A stretch of DNA of 64,000 nt. Origin: an uncultured Acidobacteriaceae bacterium. Lineage in GTDB: Bacteria; Acidobacteriota; Terriglobia; Terriglobales; Acidobacteriaceae. Shown here in pieces: positions 19,312-29,211 of this stretch; position 1 is the first letter of the stretch; the number at the start of each line of letters is the position of its first letter. Where the stretch lies: positions 57,492-121,491 of the forward strand of contig CAWFGM010000038.1 of NCBI GenBank assembly GCA_963815175.1, written 5' to 3'. The translations under genes and the position numbers were made by a program. The notes below the pieces were generated by a model that was not told where the DNA came from, did not search any database, and was given only the letters and a program-made list of their open reading frames with translations.

Positions 19312-19641
19312 ATGTCAGACAAGTCCAGGGTTATCCATCTGAACACCAATCAAGCGGACACGACTGAGCACTTGGTCGAGTTCGTCGATTTTGGCGGCGA
19401 AGTGATATGGGAAAACCACTCCACACATTGTCCACATTTCGAAATCATTTTTGAGGGCTCCAGCCCAGCCAAGCCAGGTGAAAAACTCACTGGAACACTT
19501 GAACAGCCCGTATCCATTCGTATGCCTAAGGAAAGAGCAGAATTTTTCTACAAGGTTCGTTTCAAGAAAAAGGATGGCCACCATTGTCTAGATGGCCACC
19601 AACTTTCCATCCGAATCTGTCCGGGCGGCCACGCCTGCTGA
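19312..19641 (+). CDS. hypothetical small His/Cys-containing protein
   Basis: 109 aa. GAGGA lies 6 nt upstream of the ATG. Low GC. No family recognised. Confidence 0.5.
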   Translation: MSDKSRVIHLNTNQADTTEHLVEFVDFGGEVIWENHSTHCPHFEIIFEGSSPAKPGEKLTGTLEQPVSIRMPKERAEFFYKVRFKKKDGHHCLDGHQLSIRICPGGHAC

Positions 19642-20002
19642 ATCTACGATGAGGGAATGAGCGCAAGCGGTATAGGGTTAGACGCAATTCGCGCGCTTCG
19701 TTCGGAGATCGCTAATTTGAATGAGGCGACTAGGCGAGACCTATTCGCTGCAGCACGAATCGGCGCCCCGTGAAGCGCCCATTCGAACTTTGCCGTAGCT
19801 CCCGGTAAGGGCTTCCATCTTTCGCGGCTCTTTCGGGGCGTGCAATAGGTACCAAGTCGTCGTATCTTTTCCCGTGACTGCCAGTGACAAATGGATCTAT
19901 GAAGCTTTGTGTGATGCAACTGTGGAACGAACATTTCACAAAGCGAGTTTGAGACGATCGCGGCAGCATAGGCCGATACACCGCGGCCGACGACAGGGAC
20001 AG

Positions 20003-20041
20003 GGATAGGCCATATTCTGGCTGACTGAAAATGGCCTATCC
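20003..20041. repeat. 11-bp perfect inverted repeat GGATAGGCCAT-N17-ATGGCCTATCC
   Basis: Read directly. It sits between convergent genes 19312..19641(+) and 20261..20737(-). Confidence 0.8.
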
Positions 20042-20260
20042 TACACCTGAGATGACCAAGTGGAAGCGATTACGTAATGATTGGTTGAGCGCCAAATTTA
20101 TAGTCGAACAGGCGGGGGCCATTATCGGACCCATTCGCTAGGGATGAAGCCGGAGCGGGTATGCGAGACACTCGGGACCGTTCGAGGCGACGCGAGCTAA
20201 CCTCAATCGGGCTTTAGCATTTTCTGGTATAGCCGTCACGTCCCTGGAAAAGGACCAACG

Positions 20261-20737
20261 TCAAGCGATTGGAACTGGTTTTAGTCGAGACGCAAATTGG
20301 ACTCTGAATGGTTTGCGAAGGAACTTCGGAAGCTGTCTGTACCCCTGAGCGGCATCCGCGGAATCAACGCTCTTAATGACTGAGTGCGCGAAGCATGTCT
20401 CAAGGGGGTGATGGTGCGGGATAAAAGTGAAGTCGCGGCCGTCTTGGCTGTGAAGAACCCCGGGAAGATCTTTCACGCTGATTGCATATACGAGGCAATC
20501 GGATTTATCGCGACCGTCGGAACAATCAGGATGCAAGACATCCGCCGGAGTGCTGTAGAGCGCGCGATTTACAGAAGGGGCCCCTTCAACAGTTGATTTG
20601 AATGCAACAACGGTCTGTATGCGCGCGGGGATAACCTCACCCATCGAATTGACTTCGCTTGGATGTATGCGCCGGTAGAGCTTCTCGTCCGGCGAAAAAA
20701 CCTGGTTAGCCGAGCGCCGGTCAGTATGCTGAGGCAA
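20261..20737 (-). CDS. hypothetical protein (third gene of low-GC operon)
   Basis: 158 aa with a TTG start overlapping the upstream gene by 17 nt. Blocks are LYRRIHP, SVNRALYSTP and FIPHHHPLETCFAHSVI. No family recognised. Confidence 0.5.
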   Translation of the reverse strand: MPQHTDRRSANQVFSPDEKLYRRIHPSEVNSMGEVIPARIQTVVAFKSTVEGAPSVNRALYSTPADVLHPDCSDGRDKSDCLVYAISVKDLPGVLHSQDGRDFTFIPHHHPLETCFAHSVIKSVDSADAAQGYRQLPKFLRKPFRVQFASRLKPVPIA

Positions 20738-21278
20738 GCTCTTTCGCCTTGAGGTGAAACTTTAGCGCATCCAGGAAGTCCGAACTGGAAAGGTCTTCAA
20801 CATAAACGTCGCCCGCGACGTTATACATGACCAAGGATCGTTCTCCATCGTTCAGAACCTGAAGATACGCTCGCGCATCACCGGATGGAGCGAGGACGAC
20901 CGCAACGCCGCCGTCTGCCGCTGGAACGACACTTTCCACTCCGACGCGCGCAATTCTAAGCTCTTTGAGAAGCAAGAGTGCAGCCTCGATACTCGCATCG
21001 GACGGCCTTTCTTCGCCCTCCTCAGCGATTGAAGCATGCAGGAGGGGCAGGCGCTGCAGGTCTTCCTCCAAACGCGTGAAATTTATTTCTATATGAAGAA
21101 AAGCGCTGTCCAACACGCTCTTCTCATAAGAAGAAGCGGACCTCTCGAGAACCGACTGTATCCTCCAACCATCATTGCTCGGTTCTCTCCAGTTTCGGTG
21201 CTTGATGGAGGAAGTCCCGGAGTGAGAGTGGCCGGAGAAGAGATCACGATTTGTCGATCTTATCGCTCGCATTGCCAT
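20721..21278 (-). CDS. hypothetical protein (second gene of low-GC operon)
   Basis: 185 aa. Its ATG lies 1 nt after the stop of the upstream gene. The C-terminal block is VVPAADGGVAVVLAPSGDARAYLQVLNDGERSLVMY. No family recognised. Confidence 0.55.
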   Translation of the reverse strand: MAMRAIRSTNRDLFSGHSHSGTSSIKHRNWREPSNDGWRIQSVLERSASSYEKSVLDSAFLHIEINFTRLEEDLQRLPLLHASIAEEGEERPSDASIEAALLLLKELRIARVGVESVVPAADGGVAVVLAPSGDARAYLQVLNDGERSLVMYNVAGDVYVEDLSSSDFLDALKFHLKAKELASAY

Positions 21279-21279
21279 A

Positions 21280-22031
21280 CTACTTGTATGCCTCCAAAAG
21301 CTCTTTAGTAATGAAGTGGACGAAGTAATCGTTCTTAAGTCGCCTGGCCTGTTCGAACCGGTCCCAGATTTCCATCTCGCTCAGTCCCAACGCGCCGAAC
21401 CTGAAATCATTGTCCAGCGCGATTGTATTCATGCCCTGCGCCTCTGAAGGCAACAATACCTGCTGTACCACGAGTAGCCCCGCTGGATCACCGATGGGCA
21501 TTTGGATTCTGAGATGGCCGCCAGTTACCGGCTGTGGGCCGCCCTCAAGAGAGTCTGGAACGGTGACGTAAAGCCTTAAATAGCGTTCGATTTTCTCCGT
21601 CTCGGGGAAAGAGATCTTGTTCACGTATCGCAATCCCAGCGAAACCGGACTTGGCGCAACTGTTAGCCTCTGGAAAACACGCCAAACGCTTTGTGCCTCC
21701 TGCCTAAAGACCTCCCAGCTTTGATAGGGCGCGAGTCGGCTAAACAGGAATGTGTTCCGCCTGAGTTGTACTTGATAATGCTTATCTTCACTGACAAATC
21801 TTATGCCAAATGGACGAGTTTCGTGCGAGGGTGGCACCGATCCGCTCCCGTCAAATTGGGCTTCTGTTCAAATATGGGAGTCGGCTGATGATAACGAGGT
21901 GCAAGCTCTTCAACCACCAGAGGGAACTTTGCCACCACGTCAGGAGGCAAAGGGTCGAAATCGATGCCGATGACCGCCTCTACGATTGGCGCTTTCGTCA
22001 GGTGGAGCGGCTCGTCAGGCATCGCTTTCAA
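21280..22031 (-). pseudogene. TIGR04255-family protein, one frameshift near 21845-21860
   Basis: The N-terminal ORF 21801..22031 (LHLTKAPIVEAVIGIDF, the typical TIGR04255 start as I recall it) continues in another frame as ORF 21280..21837 (...RPFGIRFVSEDKHYQVQL...). The combined length of about 250 aa fits the family. Confidence 0.6.
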
Positions 22032-22181
22032 TCCTAGTACATTGCTCAGAAGATGCCTCGGATTAGGAGCAGTCGCTTTATTATCGTGCTACCCGTTGGT
22101 AACGCTTTTATCCATCTGCAAACGGCACCTGTCACGCATTCCTGCACCCATCCCCGGGAAGCGCTCGTTCTCAGATTTAGC

Positions 22182-23516
22182 TTAGAGCCGCTCCAACCGC
22201 GTTTGCGAATCGCCGAACTGCTCCAGTTTCACGTCGTAGCGATCCATCAGCGACAGATACAAACTGCACATCTTGCGATTATCTTCGCTGTCCTTCAGGT
22301 AATTCAGCGAACGTCCCGTTTGCAGCGTTCCGCCCAGGCCGCCGGCCAGCACTACCGGCAGGCGGAAGTTGTCGTGTTTGCGGCCGATCCACATGTTGGA
22401 TAGGAACATCAGGCAGCTGTTGTCGAGGACCGTGCCGTTTCCTTCTTTCATGCTGTCTAACTTCGACGCCAGGTAGGCGTACTGCTCGACGTGGAAACGA
22501 GAGATGCGCTCGTAGCCGTCGGAGTTGTTGTTGTGCGAGGCGGAATGGTGTCCTTCCTTTACGTCGAGGAAGGGATAATACATGGCCGATAGATCGTGCG
22601 AGATGATGAAGGAGGCGACGCGCGTCTTGTTGGTTTGGAAGGCTATCGCAATGATGTCGCACATCAGGCGGGAGTGATCGCGCAGGTCTTCCGGCAGTCC
22701 GTTGGCGGGGCGTTCCATGGTGGCGGCGACGGTGTTTTTGGCTTTGGCTGCGTCGTCGGCGTCGCTCTTGTCTTTGCGCATGCTCTCTACACGCTTTTCT
22801 ACTTCGCGCACACTGGTCAGGTATTCATCGAGCTTGCCCTTGTCGGTGCCACTGATGCACTTGGAAAGATCCTGGGCGCGGTCTTTTACGCGGTCGAGAA
22901 TGCTGAGGTTCTGCAGGCTGCCACGGTTGTCAAACAAGTTGTCCCAGGCGAGCGATGGGTAGACTTCTATGGGGACCGGGGAATCGGGACTTTGCCAGGA
23001 GAGATGGGAACTGTAGGCGAGGGAGAAGTTGGACTCGTGGTATCCAGTCATGGGCTGCTCGCAGGCGAGCACGATGCTGGATTGCGGGGTTTCTTCGCCG
23101 ACGTGGTTGGCAATCATCTGGTCGATGCTGATGCCGGAGTGGATGATGGCGCCTTTGGAAATGTGGGCTCCGGATAAGAGACTGCCAGTCTGGGCGGGAT
23201 GAATGCCCTGGCCGGTCAGGGCGTGCACGTAGAGCCCGTCAATGACGTTGATTTTTTGTTTTAGCGGTTCCAAGGGGGAGAGGGTCTTGGACAATTTCAT
23301 GTCGGCGCCCTGGCCCTCGGCGCTCCAGTGATCCTCGTTAATGCCACAGCCCAGGAAGACGATGCCAAAACGCTTGGGGAAGGCGGAGGGCGGTGGGACG
23401 TCGGCTAAGGCGTGGAGGGATTCGAGAAAAGGCAGGGTTACGGTGCAACCGGCTCCGCGAAGTACGGCGCGGCGGGAAATGGGAAATGCGAATTTTTTGG
23501 CCGACATGTGGGTCAC
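22182..23516 (-). CDS. DUF1552 (HXXSHH) family protein, Tat signal
   Basis: 444 aa. The N-terminus is ISRRAVLRGAGCTVTLPFLESL and the internal signature is KEGHHSASHNNN. Confidence 0.9.
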   Translation of the reverse strand: MTHMSAKKFAFPISRRAVLRGAGCTVTLPFLESLHALADVPPPSAFPKRFGIVFLGCGINEDHWSAEGQGADMKLSKTLSPLEPLKQKINVIDGLYVHALTGQGIHPAQTGSLLSGAHISKGAIIHSGISIDQMIANHVGEETPQSSIVLACEQPMTGYHESNFSLAYSSHLSWQSPDSPVPIEVYPSLAWDNLFDNRGSLQNLSILDRVKDRAQDLSKCISGTDKGKLDEYLTSVREVEKRVESMRKDKSDADDAAKAKNTVAATMERPANGLPEDLRDHSRLMCDIIAIAFQTNKTRVASFIISHDLSAMYYPFLDVKEGHHSASHNNNSDGYERISRFHVEQYAYLASKLDSMKEGNGTVLDNSCLMFLSNMWIGRKHDNFRLPVVLAGGLGGTLQTGRSLNYLKDSEDNRKMCSLYLSLMDRYDVKLEQFGDSQTRLERL

Positions 23517-23552
23517 CTTTTGAACGGTTCGGTCGAGCTTTGGTGCTTGGCG

Positions 23553-23662
23553 GGCTTAAGCCCACAGGGGCTAAAGCCCGTCTGTATTTAAGTCGTTACG
23601 GCCCGACTAAAGTCGTGCCCTGATACAAAGCATCAGTTTCTCCAGAGCCTGTAAAGCCTGTA
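23553..23662. repeat. REP-like interspersed element
   Basis: gggcttaagccc...ggggctaaagccc...tacggcccgactaaagtcgtgccctgatacaaagcatcag... is about 80% identical over about 65 nt to 60905-60970. Confidence 0.7.
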
Positions 23663-23785
23663 CCCCTCGATCTTCTCCTCTCGGCGCGGCGGAAAGGTTG
23701 CAGAAAGCCCGCGGCTGAAGCCGCATGAGATTCGTCGTGCTCGTGCCGCTCGGCTTGAAAGCCGAGCTCCCCCGCATGAGCTCCA

Positions 23786-24150
23786 CTGCGGGCTGCACTT
23801 CTCTGGCTCCCACCTGCGGGCTGCACTTCTCTGGCTCCGCACCTGCGGAGCTGCAGTTCTCTGGCTCCCACCTGCGGGCTGCACTTCTCTGGCTTCCACC
23901 TTGCGGGCTGCAGTTCTCTGGCTTCCACCTTGCGAGCTGCAGTTCTCTGACTCCCAACTGCGAGCTGCAGTTCTCTTGCTCCCAACTGCGGGCTGCACTT
24001 CTCTAACTCCCATCTGCGGGCTGCAGCTTCTCTGACTCCCACCTGCGGGCTGCAGTTCTCTGACTCCCAACTGCGGGCTGCACTCTTCGGCTCCCCGCCC
24101 TGCGACCCGGCTTCCACCCTGCGAGCTGCACTTCTCCGGCGACTTCCATT
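23786..24150. repeat. head-to-tail minisatellite, ~13 copies of a 28/29-nt unit CTGCGGGCTGCA(C/G)TTCTCTG(G/A)CTCCCA(C/A)
   Basis: I located unit starts at 23786, 23814, 23843, 23872, ~23900, ~23930, 23958, 23986, 24014, 24043 and 24071, plus degenerate copies up to about 24150. There are no spacers. Confidence 0.9.
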
Positions 24151-24230
24151 GCGCTTCTTCTATGCTGCAAACAAAATGGGAAGTTCCTCGCCTGACTGTC
24201 TTCTGGTTTTCACACATGGTCATACAAAAT

Positions 24231-27200
24231 TTAGTTTTCCGCGCCCTTTCTGGAGGCTATTTGCGTCTCGGACTTCTGAGGCGCCGGCATTCGCTTGTTG
24301 CGGAATTGCGGGCTCAGGACGATGGTTTCTACCAGTGAGTCAAATCCGTAGCCTTGCTTGGCTAGATTGGTTTGCATGGTGTCGACCAGGGCTTCGTCGG
24401 AGAGTTGCAGGCTCCGGTTTAGGGAGTAACTGAGCAGCTTGCGGCACAGGTTGTTGATGAATTGGTCCTGACGATGATCGCGAATGAAGTCCCTTAGACC
24501 TTCAAAGCCTGTACCGTTGAAGCCTCCGGGATAGACGACGGCGGTGTCGACGGGGCGGCCGGCCAGGTCTTTGGTGCGGACATCGCCAATGGGTCCGTAG
24601 CCTTCGTAGGCCAGGCCGAAGGAATCAAAGCGCTGGTGACAGGCGGCGCAGAACGGAATGGCGCGGTGGCGAGCCAACATGTCGCGTACGGGAAGATCGG
24701 ACTTGGACTCGTCGCTCGGCAGCTCGGGCACGACCGGCGGCGGCGGTGGCACGCGGATGCCTAATACCTTCTGCACTACCCAGTTGCCACGCTTTACCGG
24801 GCTGGTGCGGAGCCCGGGAGAGTTGAGGGTCATAAAGACCGCCATGGGCAGGATGCCACCGCGGCCGTATTGGCCGGCGTTGTCGACGCGGACCCAGTGG
24901 TCCACGTCACCCTGGACTCCCGGTATGCCGTAGTGCTTGGCCAGCACGGGATTGACAAAGGTGTAGTTGCCGTAGATGAGGTCGAGGACGGAACGATTGT
25001 TTTGAATGGTGTCTTCGACGTAGCGGATGGGTTCCTGGAACATGGCCTCGCGCAGGTCGTTGGTGAACTGGGGGAAACGAGCCCGGTCGACGGTGTTGTT
25101 GTTTTCAAAGAGACGGAAGTTGAGCCAGTTGCCGGTGAACTCCGTGGCCAGGCCGCGCACGCGGGCGTCTTTCATCATGCGGCGGGTTTGCGCCAGCAGG
25201 ACGGCGGGTTTTTGCAGGTCGTTGGAGGCGGCGTGGCGGAGCAACTCCTGATCGGGCATGCTGGCCCAGAGGAAGTAGCTCAGGCGGCTGGCCAGGGCGT
25301 AGCTGGATAAAGGCTCGGAAGGTGACGGCGCTCGATGTTTTGAGGGCTACGGTGTGGGCGGCCGGTCCGGAGGAAGAGGCTAGTTGACCGCCTGTCACGT
25401 CGAGACGGTAGAGGAAGTCCGGCTCCATCAGGACGCTGGTGATTACGTCGCGCAGCGGCTTCTTCGTGGGAGGACTGATTTTGGGTCCGGTCCTGGTGGT
25501 AGTAGGCCAGCAAGTCGGCGCGTTCGGCCTGGGTGAGGGGACGGCGGTAGGCACGCGCGGCAAATTGGAGGAGGCGCTTCGAGTTGCTTCGGTTCGGAGT
25601 CGGCGCGCTCCTTTTCCAGGCTGCGTAGCGTGGCGTTGATGCCGTTGAAGTGATCGCGGATGGCTTCTGCAGCTACGGGATCGTTGATGGGATCGGCCGC
25701 AGCCTTGGCCAGGTAGACGTCGCGCATCTTGAAGATGACGGCGGTGTCGGTGACGGCGTGATCGGTGGGTCGGGGCGAGCCGGATTCGTCGCCTGTGCCG
25801 AAGACTTCTCCGCTCTGGTTGAAGTAGTACTGGACCCAGGTGCGGGCGGTAAAGGCGGCGACGTAATCGAACTCGTTCCAGAGACGATCGAGCTGCTTCT
25901 GCCCGTTGTCATCGAGGATGAGCTGCATGAGCGGAAGATCGTCGCGGTAGTAGCCCATGATGTTGTGATAGCCGGCGCTTAGCAGGCGGCCCTTGTCCTC
26001 AGAGTCGTCGGGGAAATAGCGGCCTCGTTCTGAGACGTAGAAGACGTCGGGAAAGACCGAGGCGAAACGGGAAAATGCGGCTTGATAGCGGGCGCGCTGG
26101 GCGGCCGGGACGATCAGATCGGTATCGTTGGCGCGGGCCTTGGCGGAGAGGGCGGCCCAGCGGGGGGCGGCTTCCTCGTGGAGATCGGGGTATGGCGGGA
26201 TTACCGGGACTACGGGCGGTGGATCGGTGTCGTTGCGCAGATCGTTGGGATCGCTGTCACGGCGGTGCTCGGCGAACTGCTTGAGCTTCCAGTTGTGAAG
26301 AGGCTCGGATTGCGCGGGCAGGCCGGCCACGATGGGCGAGGCAAATTGCATGGCGGTGTGGGTGCGGATTTTGACTACGAAATCACGCATGGCGATGCAT
26401 TTTGGGCGCAGGCCGCCGGTCTGCTCCGCATCGGGTGGAGGGAGGGCTAGAAACATTTTCTGCAGCTTGAGGACGGGGCCTATTGCGTTCTGATCGTGCA
26501 GGATTTGCCAGACCATGGGCAGGTACTTGGCGCTGACCTTGGCGTCGGCCGCGGTGGTGGCCAGGGTGGCGTGCGGTTTCTTGAGGGCGACTCGATATTT
26601 GTAGCGCCAGGCGGCTTCGAAGTAGTCGGCGTAGTCGGTGGGCTGGGCCTTGTAGAAGGCCACAATGCGCTGGATGGCGTACTTTTCGCGGTCGGTTTCT
26701 ACCAACATGGGATAGGGCGCGAAGTCGATTCCATCGGGTTTGAGGACGGCGTGATCGGCTACTTCGCGCGCGGCCTTCAGGTACTTATTGAGCAGGGCGG
26801 GCGACATGGTTAGGGATTCGCCGGAGTTATCGAAACCTGCCTGGTTGGCGGGATCCACGGGGAATTCCTTGGCGACGTGCAGGTCCTGGCCGGTGAGGTC
26901 GCGGATGGTGTAGTCGTACTCGGCGTTGCTTAGGCGGCGCGCGAGGACTACTCCCGGGTCTCCGGCGGCTTTCTTTATTTCCTCAGCGCGGAGGGCGGCT
27001 ACCCAGTCAATGACCTGCTGGGCTTCGGCAGCGGGCGGGGGCGGCATGGGCTTGGGCGGCATTTCGTGGTTCTTCAGGCGCTCGGCCAGGAGGGCCCAAC
27101 GGGCGAAATCGTCGGCCACCATGTCTACATTGGTGTAGGACTTGAGATCGAATTGCGCGGGGGCCATTTTGCCGCTGTGGCAGGTTACGCAGTACTTGCC

Positions 27201-27326
27201 GACAAAGGGTTTGACGGTGTGCTCGAATTGCTGGTCGATCTGAGGAGTTGGGAGTGGGGTGGCGGCGTCCACCATGGTGGATGCGGTTAGCGCGAGCGAG
27301 AGGAGAAGGGTTCGACACTTCATCAC
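24231..27326 (-). pseudogene. DUF1592/DUF1587/DUF1588/DUF1585-family heme-binding protein (PSD1-like), three clustered frameshifts
   Basis: It has a signal peptide and a CxxCH motif (KYCVTCHSG). The C-terminal part is ORF 24231..25259. The sequence between 25260 and 25600 must be read in three further frames (…KQLEA/LLQFAARAYRRPLTQAERADLLAYYHQ…SHEEA/LRDVITSVLMEPDFLYRLD…/EPLSSYALASRLSYFLWASMPDQ). Breaks lie at about 25572, 25452 and 25308. Confidence 0.85.
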
Positions 27327-27747
27327 AAAGCGCCTCTGCTCCGGACGGCGGCGAAATGACGATTGCAGCTGCCGAACGCGTGCCCGTCAGCCGTTCCCGG
27401 TAAAGTGTGGTTCGCAAGTGCCCCAGGGTTCCTCAGGTGGCCCTTCCTCATTAGGTTTTTTCGTTCTGTCGGAACTGCGGGGGGAATGCCATGCCACCGT
27501 GAACGTGCACGGTTGTTCGTGAAGAAATGGTATGCCCTTTGGAATTCGGTCGTCAATGTACCCGGGGGCGGTGACCGGTGTTGGCGCAGAGTTGGAGTGC
27601 TTATTTTTCAAATAGATAGGTGGGTTTGGGGGTTTTCGCGGAGTTAGGTCGAAGCGGCTGCCCAATGGTCGCAGCCTTCCCGTGTACTATTCCCTTGCAA
27701 GAATGTTGGGCGGGATCGCCGGGTTCAGTGACCGCCGCGAGGGCCGG

Positions 27748-28890
27748 ATGAGTTGGAAAGTTCGATTGGTGGGATTGGGGATTTTTGCTGCAGCGGCAAC
27801 GCTGGCTTTCGCTGGACAGACGGCGGCCGTGGCGCCGGCACCGCAGACGGCTCGGCCTACTCCGCCGACGCGCGACCCGCATACCCCGGGGTATGTGCAG
27901 GCGAAGGAGCTGCCCGATGGGGCGGTACCGCCGGCGGACCAGGATGGCAACTTCATCATTGGACCGACGCACCCTCCGGCAGCGGAGATGACGGCGCCGG
28001 AGTTGACGCATGGCAGCGTGGTCGAATTCACGATGAGTTCGGCCGATAGCAAGTACTACCCGGGGATCGCGCGGGACAAGGGTACGTTTGGTACTCCTGA
28101 CCCGAATAACCCGGCAAAGCTGGTGGTTACGACGAGTCATCCGGCTGCGTATACGCGCAAGGTTGCGGTGTATGTGCCGAAGGATTATGTGCCGGGGAGC
28201 GTGGTCCCGTTCATTGTGGGGGCGGACGGGCCAGACCGATTGCTGTTTACGGCGCTGGATGGCTTGATTGCCGAACATAAGGTACCGGTGATGGTTGCTA
28301 TCTCTATCGGGAACGGCAGCGGCGATGCGCAAGGGAGCGAGCGCGGACTGGAGTACGACACGATGTCAGGCCGCTATGCGGAATTTGTCGAACACGAAGT
28401 GCTGCCGCTGGTTGAGCAGAAGGCGAAGGTAAAGCTGACGCACGATCCGGACGGGCGGGCGACTACGGGCGGCAGCTCAGGAGGATCGTGCGCGTTGATT
28501 ATGGCGTGGTTTCATCCGGAGCTTTATCATCGCGTGCTGACGTATTCAGGGACTTATATAAACCAGCAGTGGCCCTATGATCCTAAGTACCCACAGGGAG
28601 CTTGGGGGTTCCACACGCACCTTATTCCAGAGAGCCCACGGAAGCCGATCCGGATCTGGATGGAGGTTGGGGACAAAGATCTCTACAATCCCAACCTGAT
28701 GCGGGACAACATGCACGACTGGGTCGAGGCTAACGAGCGCATGGCTAAGGTGCTGGCAGCGAAGGGATATCACTATCAATTTGTGTTTGCAGAGAATGCG
28801 GGACACGTGGATCGCGCCGTCAGGATGCAGACGCTGCCGGAAGCGCTCGAGTATCTGTGGCAGGGATATCACGCGAAAAGCGCGAAGTGA
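27748..28890 (+). CDS. secreted esterase-family protein (putative esterase / enterochelin-esterase-like alpha/beta hydrolase)
   Basis: ATG 27748 gives the signal peptide MSWKVRLVGLGIFAAAATLAFAG. The nucleophile elbow is GGSSGGSCAL and the C-terminal part has a His block (NAGHVD). Confidence 0.75.
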   Translation: MSWKVRLVGLGIFAAAATLAFAGQTAAVAPAPQTARPTPPTRDPHTPGYVQAKELPDGAVPPADQDGNFIIGPTHPPAAEMTAPELTHGSVVEFTMSSADSKYYPGIARDKGTFGTPDPNNPAKLVVTTSHPAAYTRKVAVYVPKDYVPGSVVPFIVGADGPDRLLFTALDGLIAEHKVPVMVAISIGNGSGDAQGSERGLEYDTMSGRYAEFVEHEVLPLVEQKAKVKLTHDPDGRATTGGSSGGSCALIMAWFHPELYHRVLTYSGTYINQQWPYDPKYPQGAWGFHTHLIPESPRKPIRIWMEVGDKDLYNPNLMRDNMHDWVEANERMAKVLAAKGYHYQFVFAENAGHVDRAVRMQTLPEALEYLWQGYHAKSAK

Positions 28891-29211
28891 GTTGAGGCAG
28901 ATGCGAAAGCGGCTTAATCGGCGAGCAGTAATAGCAGGTTTTGCCAATGTGTCCCAGTAACTGCACCCTGCGCAGGGAGCACTGGCGATTGCTGTCTTGG
29001 GGAAAAACCTGGCCGCGGCAGGCCATGGGATTCATTCCCAAATGCACCCAGATATTTGGCGGCTGCCCCTGGTGGCAGTTGCCTGAGAACTCATCGCTAT
29101 AAGTGGGCGGCGCGGAACCGCTGCTGAATACCTCCTGGCCGATGGCCATTTCGGCGGTGCTCCGCTCCAGGCAGACTTCTTCTTGAGGCCAGGCCTCCCA
29201 GGAGAAAAACA

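Noticed and set aside
20261-20737. 158-aa protein as an R-S-E type ADP-ribosyltransferase (LYRR ... LYSTP about 40 residues apart)
   Set aside because: No Q/E-x-E third motif lies at the expected distance. Two short motif look-alikes are not enough evidence.
23786-24150. Possible CRISPR array (28-29-nt repeats)
   Set aside because: The repeats are directly head-to-tail with no spacers. No cas genes are nearby. It is a minisatellite.
23596-24223. Three overlapping minus-strand ORFs (173, 116 and 196 aa) with repetitive ARELQ/GSQRTAAR peptides
   Set aside because: They are the three frames of the tandem repeat. All are kept open by its stop-poor composition and 28/29-nt jitter. None has an RBS or non-repeat domain.
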